Origin: an uncultured Planctomycetia bacterium
GTDB taxonomy: Bacteria; Omnitrophota; Gorgyraeia; Taenaricolales; CAZCCH01
Reading direction: 5' to 3'
Assembly: GCA_964497315.1 (NCBI GenBank)
Contig: CAZCCH010000004.1
Coordinates: 18,307 to 82,306 of the forward strand
DNA: 64,000 bases
In this document: positions 11,345 to 20,228 of the stretch, piece after piece
Layout of the letters: each line of letters opens with the position of its first letter
Numbering within the stretch: the first letter of the stretch is position 1
Notes under the pieces: generated by a model
Databases searched by the model: none
Told to the model about the DNA's origin: nothing
The model's input: the letters and a program-made list of their open reading frames with translations, nothing else
Made by a program: the position numbers and the translations under genes

Positions 11345-12820
11345 TTAAAGGGGTAATGTTCCTTGGTTACTACTATATTTCTTTCGTATCGCAGGTAATA
11401 CTTCCTCACGGGTTCGCTTTAAATCATGGATTGTGTCATTATCATTCCAGAGAAGTCCAGTTATGCTTTCGATGCACAGCCTGTGCCCTTTGAACACCAG
11501 ATGTTCAAATGCTTCCATAAGGTACGCCCAGGCATTGCCTTCTCTTATTATTCTGTCTATCTCATTTATCAAAACCGCGGCCCCCCATCGGTTAAACTTG
11601 GCAATACCGATGAATTCACCGTAGGCCTTATCGGAAGATATGCATTTATGCTTCGGGAAGGGCAAAGAATAGTAGTCTTCCGGAAGGGTCATTATATTCC
11701 CTGCCGCGCAGATCTTTTCATCTTCCTCGTCACAGGCCTTTTCGTCTGCCCCCAGCACAATTTCATTAGGGTTTCTGATAATTTTTTTCAATATCTCGGG
11801 CTCAAAAATTATATCCCCATATATGACTATAAAACCCTTATGTAAAAATTCGCGTACGAGCCAAAACGTAATTAACATATTTGAACTCTCGTACCAGGGA
11901 TTATATACTATATTGATATCCGTCTTCTTTAGTTTCTCGTAAACAAAATTACGCACAAGGGCATCTCCCTTGCCAGTTGCGATGATAATATCCTCATCGT
12001 GAATATTGCATTTTTTAAACGCATCTAACTGTGTTTCTAAGATAGTTGTTCCTCCTGCATCCACTAAGCAGGTGTGGTGGGTTGCAGTCAAAGCACCCAT
12101 CCCCAAAGAAGGACCGGCAGAAAGAAGCACTATCTTGTATTTATCCTCCAGTTCTCTTATTATTTTTTTTACTATATCTACAGAGTGCTGGGAATACTCG
12201 CCGATGGCCGTTTCTTCGGAAAGCATGATAAAATCGGAACCGTCGGAAATAGCGTTGGCTATATCTACTACTTCTGACTTTGTAGGTTCTGATTTCTCTA
12301 CCATGGACAGAAGGAACTCCGTAGCTACAATTACCAGTTTCCCCTGTCTATTGCATTTACGTATAATCCTCTTCTGCGCATGCGGCAATTTCTCTATGCC
12401 TATTGCCGTAGCCAAATCTCCCCTGTCTATCATCACTACATCAGAGAAAAAAATAATGTTATCTAAATCTTCCAGCGCCTCGGCAGTTTCTATTTTGGCT
12501 ACAATCTTTATGTCAAGTCCTTTGAATTGATTCCTGAATTTTTCTACATCCTTATGGTGCTTAACATATGACAGGGCCACATAGTGTGGATTTATTTGTT
12601 TTGTTAGCCTAAGCAGATCTTCAAATGATAAGTTGTTAGTCCGAGTCTTTTTTCTTTCAGTAGGCAAGTCTAATAATAACTGATACCCCCATGCATCTTT
12701 TATTTTAGCTGCCAGGCTATGTATTTCTTCTTTCGTTCCAAAAGCACAGTTTATCCTGCCCACATCTATTCCCTGTAGTTTTTCTGTGTAAGGACTAACA
12801 GTTGAAATTATTTTGACCAT
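11345..12820 (-). CDS. Fusion: pyruvate-kinase-like barrel (no B or C domain) + LicC/PntC-like nucleotidyltransferase domain
   Basis: N-terminal ~228 aa: KIISTV, VALSYV, IVAKIET, MIDRGDL, VIVATE, PTKSEVVDIANAISDG.DFIMLSEETAIG. C-terminal: IVLLSAG, GGTTILETQL, YNPWYESSN, IYGDIIFE, YGEFIGIAKF, WNDNDT.HDL. Confidence 0.85.
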   Translation of the reverse strand: MVKIISTVSPYTEKLQGIDVGRINCAFGTKEEIHSLAAKIKDAWGYQLLLDLPTERKKTRTNNLSFEDLLRLTKQINPHYVALSYVKHHKDVEKFRNQFKGLDIKIVAKIETAEALEDLDNIIFFSDVVMIDRGDLATAIGIEKLPHAQKRIIRKCNRQGKLVIVATEFLLSMVEKSEPTKSEVVDIANAISDGSDFIMLSEETAIGEYSQHSVDIVKKIIRELEDKYKIVLLSAGPSLGMGALTATHHTCLVDAGGTTILETQLDAFKKCNIHDEDIIIATGKGDALVRNFVYEKLKKTDINIVYNPWYESSNMLITFWLVREFLHKGFIVIYGDIIFEPEILKKIIRNPNEIVLGADEKACDEEDEKICAAGNIMTLPEDYYSLPFPKHKCISSDKAYGEFIGIAKFNRWGAAVLINEIDRIIREGNAWAYLMEAFEHLVFKGHRLCIESITGLLWNDNDTIHDLKRTREEVLPAIRKKYSSNQGTLPL

Positions 12821-12825
12821 AACTT

Positions 12826-13983
12826 TCAGCCTTTCCCAGTGAGAATGTCAGTAATACACCGAGCTGCTATATCTGAAGACTGCCCGAAGGCATATATACT
12901 CTCATTCCTAAGCTGGGCAATGCGTTGTCTATTGGTGTCAGTATGTGCAATTAACCTGGAGATAACCTTAGGCACCATATCTAGTTTGTCCGGAACAACT
13001 ACCTCTCCTATTTCAGAACGGATAGAAACCTCTAACGGCTCAAGTCCCAATTCTTTATAATTGGGGTTTTTGGCCGCAACAGGTACATCAATAGAAATAA
13101 CCGGTTTCTCAGTACCAAAGGCATATTCAAGAGCAACACCTGAGTAGTCGCATATCAGACAGTCAGCACGAATCAGCGAATCATCAGTGGCTACGGATTT
13201 CTCCAAGATGAAATGCGGGTTTGATCCAAATTTAAAAACAAGCGAGGCTATTAACTCCGGAGAACGCTTTGTGGTTTCTGGATGCGGCCTCATAATTACT
13301 GCAAAACCTGCTTTTAAGAGTATGTCGGTCAGGCGCTCACCGCAGCTTTCGAGAAGATTACTATCTCCCCACGAAGGCGCAATAAGAACCATTGTCTTTT
13401 CCTCCGAAGATAAATCCTTTGCCGATAAGTATTTTTGATACGCAGCATAGATTCGTTCCAGCCGGTAATATCCACCTTCAAGGAGCTTTTTGGATTTTAG
13501 CCCAGCAAGTTCCTCACGCCTGCGAATTTCTTTCATGTGGTAGGGGCCAGGGCACAATATATAGTCATAATGATCATAAGACCCTTCGCGGAATTTCATA
13601 TGCGTGCTGGCGAGGGAGTGAAAAATATAAACATACTGGACCGGATTGTATGAGCGTTTAAGGTGAAACTGATTGAGGTCAGTCAGGGTAATAACAAAAA
13701 CCCTGCAATTTACAAAGAGCATAAAAACAGCAAGTAATTTGTCTAGGTAAAAGGCATTTATCTTCTCTGTCTGTTTTTCAAAAATCGGGTCGTTAAAATC
13801 TGAGGTAATATAACATAGGTTTCGACTGTATTTTTCCGTAAGCTCTGCAATTACACCCTCAAAGTAGGGGTAATAACCCTCGTGTTCTGAATAAAAAATT
13901 ATTTCCTTTTTCTTTATCGGTGTCCTGAAGAAAAACCTACAGAAATCTGCAATTTCTCGAAAAAAATTGGATGTGCGATACAA
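12826..13983 (-). CDS. CDP-glycerol glycerophosphotransferase (TagF/TagB-like) family protein
   Basis: YIFHS, GYYRLE, LIAPSWG, MRPHP, LICDYSGVALEYAF..EKPVI motifs; TTG start preceded by AGGAG. Confidence 0.78.
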   Translation of the reverse strand: MYRTSNFFREIADFCRFFFRTPIKKKEIIFYSEHEGYYPYFEGVIAELTEKYSRNLCYITSDFNDPIFEKQTEKINAFYLDKLLAVFMLFVNCRVFVITLTDLNQFHLKRSYNPVQYVYIFHSLASTHMKFREGSYDHYDYILCPGPYHMKEIRRREELAGLKSKKLLEGGYYRLERIYAAYQKYLSAKDLSSEEKTMVLIAPSWGDSNLLESCGERLTDILLKAGFAVIMRPHPETTKRSPELIASLVFKFGSNPHFILEKSVATDDSLIRADCLICDYSGVALEYAFGTEKPVISIDVPVAAKNPNYKELGLEPLEVSIRSEIGEVVVPDKLDMVPKVISRLIAHTDTNRQRIAQLRNESIYAFGQSSDIAARCITDILTGKG

Positions 13984-14062
13984 TTCTCACAACTCCTTTT
14001 TTATGGTATTTTATCCTTCAACTTCTATTTCTAAAAAAGACAGCATGTCACAAGTGTGTTTT

Positions 14063-15208
14063 CTATTTAAAAATATTCCCTTTCTGCCTACTCTGTTTTT
14101 TTATCCACTGGCTAATTTCTGGCCTCATGAATTCTTCAGGCGGAGTCATTCCTTCGCCAAACATCTTGCGTATCTTTGTCCCACTTATCTGGATTCTGCA
14201 GGCCTGGGGGTGAGAACAAGTTTTCTCTGTAGCTACTGCTCTACACTTTTTGCAATAAAATGGGCCGTTGAACCGCAACGGAGCAATGCCCAAGTCAGTG
14301 AAATTATCAAAAATTTTATGGGCCGCGTAGGTATCGTAGTAACCTTTTACTCCGGCATGATCCCTTCCTATAACTATGTGCGTGCAGCCGTAATTTTTCC
14401 TTACGATCGCATGAAACAGTGCTTCCCTTGGACCCGCAAACGCCATCTTCATATTAAGCGGCGCCAAAAGCACCCTTGCCTTGGGGTAATAATGTCGGAT
14501 AAGAAGCCTATAACTTTCAAGAACAAGAGTGGGAGAAAAATCGCCTTCTTTTGTCTGGCCAACTATGGGGTTTATGAATAAACCGTCCACAAATTCAAGC
14601 GCGCACCTCTGTAGGTATTCGTGTGCCCTGTGAACGGCATTTCTCGTATGAAACGCACAGATTGTCTTCCAGCCAAGCTTTTTAAAAATCTTTCTCGTCT
14701 GATGCGGGTCCATTATCATGTCCCTGAAGGGCAGCTTCGGCTTGTTTAGCAATATAATCTCACCGCCTAAAAGCACATCGCCCATTGCATCTACGGCTGC
14801 AACGCCGGGATGATCCGGATTTGCTGTACCATAGACAGCTTCACACCTCTGGGCTTTTTCATGTACGAATTTTTCTTCTACAAAAATCACCGCCACGGCT
14901 TCGTTTTGCGTGCTTGTAATAAGTAATTGTTGCCCGGACTTTATTCCGGAGGCATCTTTTTCGCTGACCGAGAACGTTACGGGTATGCTCCAAGGGGTTC
15001 CGTCTGAAAGTCTGCTTCTTTTAAGTACCGAAACATAATTCCGCTTTTTCATAAATCCGGTAAGCGGGCTAAAACCACCAACAGCAATCTGCTCTATATC
15101 AGTAAGTACATTGGTATCAACAGCAATTTTTTGCAGCTTTGCAACGTGTGCTAAAATTCTCTTTCGCTTTTTGCCTGCGGCAACTCTGTTTACTAATATG
15201 TTCTTCAT
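14063..15208 (-). CDS. sat: Sulfate adenylyltransferase (ATP sulfurylase, Sat type)
   Basis: GGFSPLTGFM, WSIPV, HPGVA, AFHTRNAVHRAHEY, FAGPREALFHAIVRKNYGCTHIVIGRDHAGV, ISGTKIR, PEEFMRPE; start placed at ATG 15208 to avoid overlap with upstream gene. Confidence 0.95.
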   Translation of the reverse strand: MKNILVNRVAAGKKRKRILAHVAKLQKIAVDTNVLTDIEQIAVGGFSPLTGFMKKRNYVSVLKRSRLSDGTPWSIPVTFSVSEKDASGIKSGQQLLITSTQNEAVAVIFVEEKFVHEKAQRCEAVYGTANPDHPGVAAVDAMGDVLLGGEIILLNKPKLPFRDMIMDPHQTRKIFKKLGWKTICAFHTRNAVHRAHEYLQRCALEFVDGLFINPIVGQTKEGDFSPTLVLESYRLLIRHYYPKARVLLAPLNMKMAFAGPREALFHAIVRKNYGCTHIVIGRDHAGVKGYYDTYAAHKIFDNFTDLGIAPLRFNGPFYCKKCRAVATEKTCSHPQACRIQISGTKIRKMFGEGMTPPEEFMRPEISQWIKKQSRQKGNIFK

Positions 15209-15209
15209 G

Positions 15210-17285
15210 TCACATAAAAGGCCTCCCGTCCATATCCTTGAATTCATCCTCGGGAATACCTAGGATTTTCAATATCGTGGGTACCACATCAACTATTGCC
15301 GGATTTGCAGCTTCTATCTTTCTGTTGGTAAAAAGAACCCCGGGCAAAAGGGACGGATCAGAGAGATGGTCGCCGCTCCAGGCCTTTTTGTTATCTTCAA
15401 TTATTTCCTCAGGCACGCTGCCTAAAGCGGTCTGCCAGGAAGAGCGGTAACCGATGTTATATCCAACAAGCAAGTCCGGCGCCTCATTTATATAAGGCCC
15501 CCAGAAAATCTCGTCTCTGTTATAGACTTTGTTTATTACATTGCTGGCGAATTTTTCATCATAAAGGGAGGTCAGCCTATCTGCGATCTCTTTTTTTATT
15601 TTTTGCGTCTCGGCCCCGGGCCGTACGCACCCCTTTGCCTCCCGGCCGATCTGATTAACAAAAATTTCACCAAAACCTACGCTGTAGGCTGTGGTACGAG
15701 ACCAGTCTACATCCTTAAAAAATTCGCCTCCTTTAACCGCGGCTGGATCTTCCAGGAAAAGAAACCCATTTTCCCTAAGCCATGTGTTCAAATGAACCGA
15801 TCTCCGAAACGTCTTAAATCCATGGTCAGACAAAACTATCAAAAGCGTATCCTCATCCGTCTTCGCAAACACCCTGCCTAGAATATTATCCATCCTCTCA
15901 TACATCTTATCAATCACACCCGAGTAAACAACAGCTAATTCTTCGTCATATGCCGGATGCTGAGGGTCTATAAAACGCCAGAATGCATGCTGAATGAAAC
16001 TGGGCGAGTCAAGATAATAGAAAAAAACGCCTTTTTTGAAACGCTCAAGTTCGATATCAAGCATTTGTTGTTTTTCCTCAATAATCATATCGGCCTGTTC
16101 TAAAAACGCAACTTCATCAAGTTTATTTTCATTTAGCGCCCATGTATCATGAGGCATGCCCAAGGTATGATAGAGGCCCAGCCTATCTGCGAGCTCTTTT
16201 GAATAACCAGCAGGGTATGATATCGCAAAAGGTGGATCCCGGGGGTCAAAATTGATGGGGGAGATATAAAGTTCGAATTCCGGTGTTATGCTCTTGAGGT
16301 AAAATTTACATATCCCCTTGACCCTCTTGAAAAAATTAATTTTAAAAGTAAAGGCCTGCCATTGACTCCACTGTTTAGGCCTAAGCATGAACTGGTTTCC
16401 TCCAACATCAACAGTTGCAGTTTGGGCCTGTTCATCTATAGCCACCTTCATGGGTATTATTATATCATTTGCTTTTCTTAAAGATGTGTCCACGGGGCCG
16501 GATAAATAGGTATTTATATTAGCTCCTCTTTTGGTAACTTTAATGAGTCGACCTCCAATATCCTTGCCTTTTTCAATGTCTGCTGTGGTATAAAAAGAGG
16601 ATGTACCCATAGTCCCCCGTATATCCGGCACGCCCATACCTGAAAGCAAGCGGCCGTAAACCTTATCAGGTGGAAATGCATTGGGGCAACACAGAAGGAC
16701 TGTGGGAATTTTATATTTACGCGTAATATTCCAGAAAGGCGTACCGCCAGCTACCCTCTTAAGCTTCTTTGTATCTTTATCAACCCGGCTGAAAGCCAAA
16801 TATGGCATGTATGTATTTGGGTCACGTTTTAGGAAACCATAGGCACCGTGTTTACCTGCATTGGATCCGGTAGCAAAGTTGGTCCAGGCCACTAGCGATT
16901 CCGCAGGATAAGAAGTAGCTAAACGCGCATAAGTACCTTGCTCTTTCAGTTTTTTGAAATTGGGAAGCTTGCCTTCTCCCATCAACCGTTCCATAATCTC
17001 AGGCTCCAGACCATCCAACCCAATTATGACTATTTTTTCTTTGCAGCCCGCCACTTCTTTTGTGATATTTATATAAAACACAACGCCGGCAATAACAGCC
17101 GTTAGAATTAACAGCCATAACAGCTTCTTTCCCTTGAGGAAAAATCTTAAAATGCGTCTCGCCCAGAAAAGCAGCCCGCCAAGGAAACCTATTATGACTC
17201 CCAGGATAATCGAACCCATGGTAAAAAACGGCAGTCCCACTCCTGGATCTATGTATCCAAAGTTTATTAGTCTAAATATCTCCAT
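15210..17285 (-). CDS. Membrane-anchored alkaline-phosphatase-superfamily protein (type I phosphodiesterase/NPP family)
   Basis: Two N-terminal hydrophobic helices after YIDPG; IIGLDGL, PAESLVAWTNFATG.NAGKHG, LSDHGF, WSGDH, IVDVVPTIL, MDGRP. Confidence 0.85.
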   Translation of the reverse strand: MEIFRLINFGYIDPGVGLPFFTMGSIILGVIIGFLGGLLFWARRILRFFLKGKKLLWLLILTAVIAGVVFYINITKEVAGCKEKIVIIGLDGLEPEIMERLMGEGKLPNFKKLKEQGTYARLATSYPAESLVAWTNFATGSNAGKHGAYGFLKRDPNTYMPYLAFSRVDKDTKKLKRVAGGTPFWNITRKYKIPTVLLCCPNAFPPDKVYGRLLSGMGVPDIRGTMGTSSFYTTADIEKGKDIGGRLIKVTKRGANINTYLSGPVDTSLRKANDIIIPMKVAIDEQAQTATVDVGGNQFMLRPKQWSQWQAFTFKINFFKRVKGICKFYLKSITPEFELYISPINFDPRDPPFAISYPAGYSKELADRLGLYHTLGMPHDTWALNENKLDEVAFLEQADMIIEEKQQMLDIELERFKKGVFFYYLDSPSFIQHAFWRFIDPQHPAYDEELAVVYSGVIDKMYERMDNILGRVFAKTDEDTLLIVLSDHGFKTFRRSVHLNTWLRENGFLFLEDPAAVKGGEFFKDVDWSRTTAYSVGFGEIFVNQIGREAKGCVRPGAETQKIKKEIADRLTSLYDEKFASNVINKVYNRDEIFWGPYINEAPDLLVGYNIGYRSSWQTALGSVPEEIIEDNKKAWSGDHLSDPSLLPGVLFTNRKIEAANPAIVDVVPTILKILGIPEDEFKDMDGRPFM

Positions 17286-17300
17286 ATCGTCAATCCTGTT

Positions 17301-19199
17301 TTATTGTAAATATCCAAGTCCTTGTAATTGCCGTTTTGTTGTTTCGTCAATCTTCACCGACTCCGTAGAACCCTCCTTGGACTTAGAACCCATTTTTTCT
17401 GAAAGTATCATATTTTCAAAAATATAATTAACTATCAGCCCGTGACACATCTCGGTGGCCTTCGGCTCTTTGCCGATAAGATTATTCTGTTCTTGAGAAT
17501 CTATATCTATATTGTACAACTCTCGTTTTTTACTCCATAGGTTATATATGTATTTCCATGGCGGGATCCTCACGGAAACCAGATGGCTGTCAGGAAGCAT
17601 GAATGTAGGTCCTAATTCACTGAAGGCTGGCCTTGGGCTTGCCTTTTGCGGTTCCTGCGACAAAATCCCCTGCATATCCATGCCCTGCATGATATCTTCC
17701 GGCTCCAGATCCAGGACAGACAATATAGTAGGCATAATGTCTATACCCTGCACCTGTTCTTGAAGCTTTAGGCCGGAAGGAAAAACTCCAGGCAATCTCA
17801 TTACAAGAGGTATCTTTATATCATCTTCATATAAGAATTCCCCGGGTTTTATCTCATCTAACTCATCCAGACTCCTACCATTATCCGCACTAACAATAAT
17901 AAGGGTCTTATCCTCTATTCCCAGCTTACGCAACTTTTCCATCAATAGACCTATATGATAATCTGTATACCAAACCTGAACCTCATACATAGAAACTTCC
18001 GTTTTGCTGGGATGTGCAGAACCTACTTCATCGGCATATACAAAATCGGTATTTGATAAATCGTGCCTTATATGTGGTCCGTGAACATCCATATAATGAA
18101 GATATAGGAAGAAATTTTTGTCTTTGAATTTATCTATCCAATTAATGGCTTCGGCGGTAAGTAAATCCGCCGTTGGATAACAGCTGGGAGGAGTTTTTAA
18201 TAGGTCTGAATGCGTCCCCAGCTTATAATACAAGTCGTACCATCTAGATGCATCTCTCTCTATAAGGTTTACATAAAAATCAAAGCCCTGGTCAAGATTG
18301 AACTGCTTCGAAACCCATGGATCGGTCATAAAAGCGCAGGTTGCATATCCATTTGCCTGCAATACTTCAGCAATAGTAGTCATCGACTCAGGAAGACCTT
18401 TATTTTCATCGACTACACCGTGAACTGAGGGATAGGTGGAGGTAAAAAGAGATGGAACTAAGGCGTGCGTCCAGTTGGTCTGGGTTATGGCATTTAAAAA
18501 AACCGTTCCTTCCCCTGCAAGAACATCTACGTTAGGACTTAAGCGCTTTAATTGTCCGTAAGCTCCTAATTTAGCTGGAAGTAATGAATCTACAATTATC
18601 AGAATTACGTTTAAGTCTTCACCTCGCGCAAATTCCGAAAAGGCCTTTTTAAAAGAAAATCCGCGCTGTACATATCCTGACGCCAACCACTCCCCAGATA
18701 GAAACAGCACTAGGATAATGCTTATGGTTATAATTCTAATGGGGCGGTTGCTTTTTGAAATAATTTTCAATAGCATAAAAAATATAAGAAAAAACAACAC
18801 CGCATATACAACCAGAAGAAAATCCGCAACCCAATGAAAAAGATAGTGTCTGTATCCGAAAAATATATTACTAAGCCACCAGTCAACCGCATACGCGGCT
18901 GCAAAGGAGAAAAACAAGGTAAGGTATATGGATATGAGCCGACCCGTAGAAACTTTTTTCTTGTAAATTAGTCTGGCCGCAACAAATATTAACCCAAATA
19001 CAATCCCGCTAAGGCCGCAAAATATGCCGTAAATCGCCAGGTTGGCTAAAAAGGGGTGTGTGCCTTCTGTAAAATAGAGGTATGGCGAAGCAAATAGCAC
19101 CTTAACCACGCTAATAAAAAACGCGAATGCAACCCCCGTCAAAAGGCCCACGCCTACAGCTTTAATAAAGTAATCTATTTTACTGCGGTATGCCACCAT
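17301..19199 (-). CDS. Polytopic membrane protein with C-terminal sulfatase-like (AlkP superfamily) domain
   Basis: ~5 N-terminal TM segments; NVILIIVDSL, SPNVD.LA.EG..F.NA, WTHALVPSLFTS.YPSVHGV, FFLYLHYMDVHGP, IVSADNG, DIMPTIL, ELYN, QLQGLGYLQ. Confidence 0.8.
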   Translation of the reverse strand: MVAYRSKIDYFIKAVGVGLLTGVAFAFFISVVKVLFASPYLYFTEGTHPFLANLAIYGIFCGLSGIVFGLIFVAARLIYKKKVSTGRLISIYLTLFFSFAAAYAVDWWLSNIFFGYRHYLFHWVADFLLVVYAVLFFLIFFMLLKIISKSNRPIRIITISIILVLFLSGEWLASGYVQRGFSFKKAFSEFARGEDLNVILIIVDSLLPAKLGAYGQLKRLSPNVDVLAGEGTVFLNAITQTNWTHALVPSLFTSTYPSVHGVVDENKGLPESMTTIAEVLQANGYATCAFMTDPWVSKQFNLDQGFDFYVNLIERDASRWYDLYYKLGTHSDLLKTPPSCYPTADLLTAEAINWIDKFKDKNFFLYLHYMDVHGPHIRHDLSNTDFVYADEVGSAHPSKTEVSMYEVQVWYTDYHIGLLMEKLRKLGIEDKTLIIVSADNGRSLDELDEIKPGEFLYEDDIKIPLVMRLPGVFPSGLKLQEQVQGIDIMPTILSVLDLEPEDIMQGMDMQGILSQEPQKASPRPAFSELGPTFMLPDSHLVSVRIPPWKYIYNLWSKKRELYNIDIDSQEQNNLIGKEPKATEMCHGLIVNYIFENMILSEKMGSKSKEGSTESVKIDETTKRQLQGLGYLQ

Positions 19200-19214
19200 T
19201 ACACCTCCGTTTTT

Positions 19215-20192
19215 TTATCTTTTATACAAATAAAAGCATGCCGAATCGCCTTCTGCCTTTTTGTTGAGCTCAACGGCTGCACTGTCGAAATCCTTTATTT
19301 GTCTTTCTGAAAAAATAGACGCCTGAGGACTTACATAATAAGACTTGCTGTCCCTGAGGGGTATATCCCTACGGTATTGCTCACTACCCCAAAATTGAAA
19401 TGCAGTTGAGTCAAACGTAATATTCCTAAGTTCTAAACCTGTTTGTTCTGCTAAGATTTGAATACTTTTGGGTGTATGTAAAAAAAGATGACGCGGTACA
19501 TCAAGTTGAACCCAATCAACACCATATTTCCTCCATGCAAAACACCCAGATACGGGTGTCTTAATCAAAATACACCCCTTGGTCTCCAATCGGAGATATA
19601 ATTCCTTAAATACAGCTAAAGGTTCCTGCATGTGCTCAAAAGAATCGTGTAGCATAATAAAATCAAACTGTCCTTCTAGTTCGAATATAGACTTTTTAAA
19701 AATCCTTACACTGTTCTCATAGTGGATATCATCTCTGATAAAAGGATCTATCCCAGTAAGATTTGAAAATCCATATTTTGCTAGTTCGAGAAGGAGGCCT
19801 CCCCCGCCGCAACCTATATCCAGGATTTTTGACTCAAATTTTACTTTTGACATCCTTAGCCAATCAAAATAATGAGGTTTTTTCCTTCCAATAGAAAGCA
19901 ATATACCTATAAGGTTTTTCTCATAAAGCCAATACCTTGCCCTTTGGTGTCTGCGAAATCTTTTAAAAAAATTAGGCCTAGAATAATTTAACCCTTGAAA
20001 CGAATAGTAATCTTTGGGATAGTATTTCGTTGGGTTAGTTAGAGCTTCTTTTATCTGCAAGCATCCACATTTTGCACATTCAAAATATTCAAATTTATCT
20101 CTATAGCCAAACATCATTTCTTGTACGATGTAGGATTTATTATTGCTTACATTATTACATATTTTACAAATAGATATATCGCTTTGACTCAT
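19215..20192 (-). CDS. Class I SAM-dependent methyltransferase with N-terminal CxxC...CxxC
   Basis: CKIC, CAKCGC, ILDIGCGGG, GIDP, FDFIMLHDSFEHM, PRHLF. Confidence 0.85.
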   Translation of the reverse strand: MSQSDISICKICNNVSNNKSYIVQEMMFGYRDKFEYFECAKCGCLQIKEALTNPTKYYPKDYYSFQGLNYSRPNFFKRFRRHQRARYWLYEKNLIGILLSIGRKKPHYFDWLRMSKVKFESKILDIGCGGGGLLLELAKYGFSNLTGIDPFIRDDIHYENSVRIFKKSIFELEGQFDFIMLHDSFEHMQEPLAVFKELYLRLETKGCILIKTPVSGCFAWRKYGVDWVQLDVPRHLFLHTPKSIQILAEQTGLELRNITFDSTAFQFWGSEQYRRDIPLRDSKSYYVSPQASIFSERQIKDFDSAAVELNKKAEGDSACFYLYKR

Positions 20193-20228
20193 AACTGTTT
20201 TTCGTTGTTCATATTAAAAACTTAGCTG

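Noticed and set aside
11345-12820. Phosphonate (PEP mutase) gene cluster
   Set aside because: The barrel has pyruvate-kinase motifs, not the PepM EDKxxxxxNS motif, and no phosphonopyruvate decarboxylase is present; kept only as an analogy.
14063-15208. Sat as evidence for dissimilatory sulfur metabolism
   Set aside because: No apr, qmo or dsr genes nearby; the context is biosynthetic.
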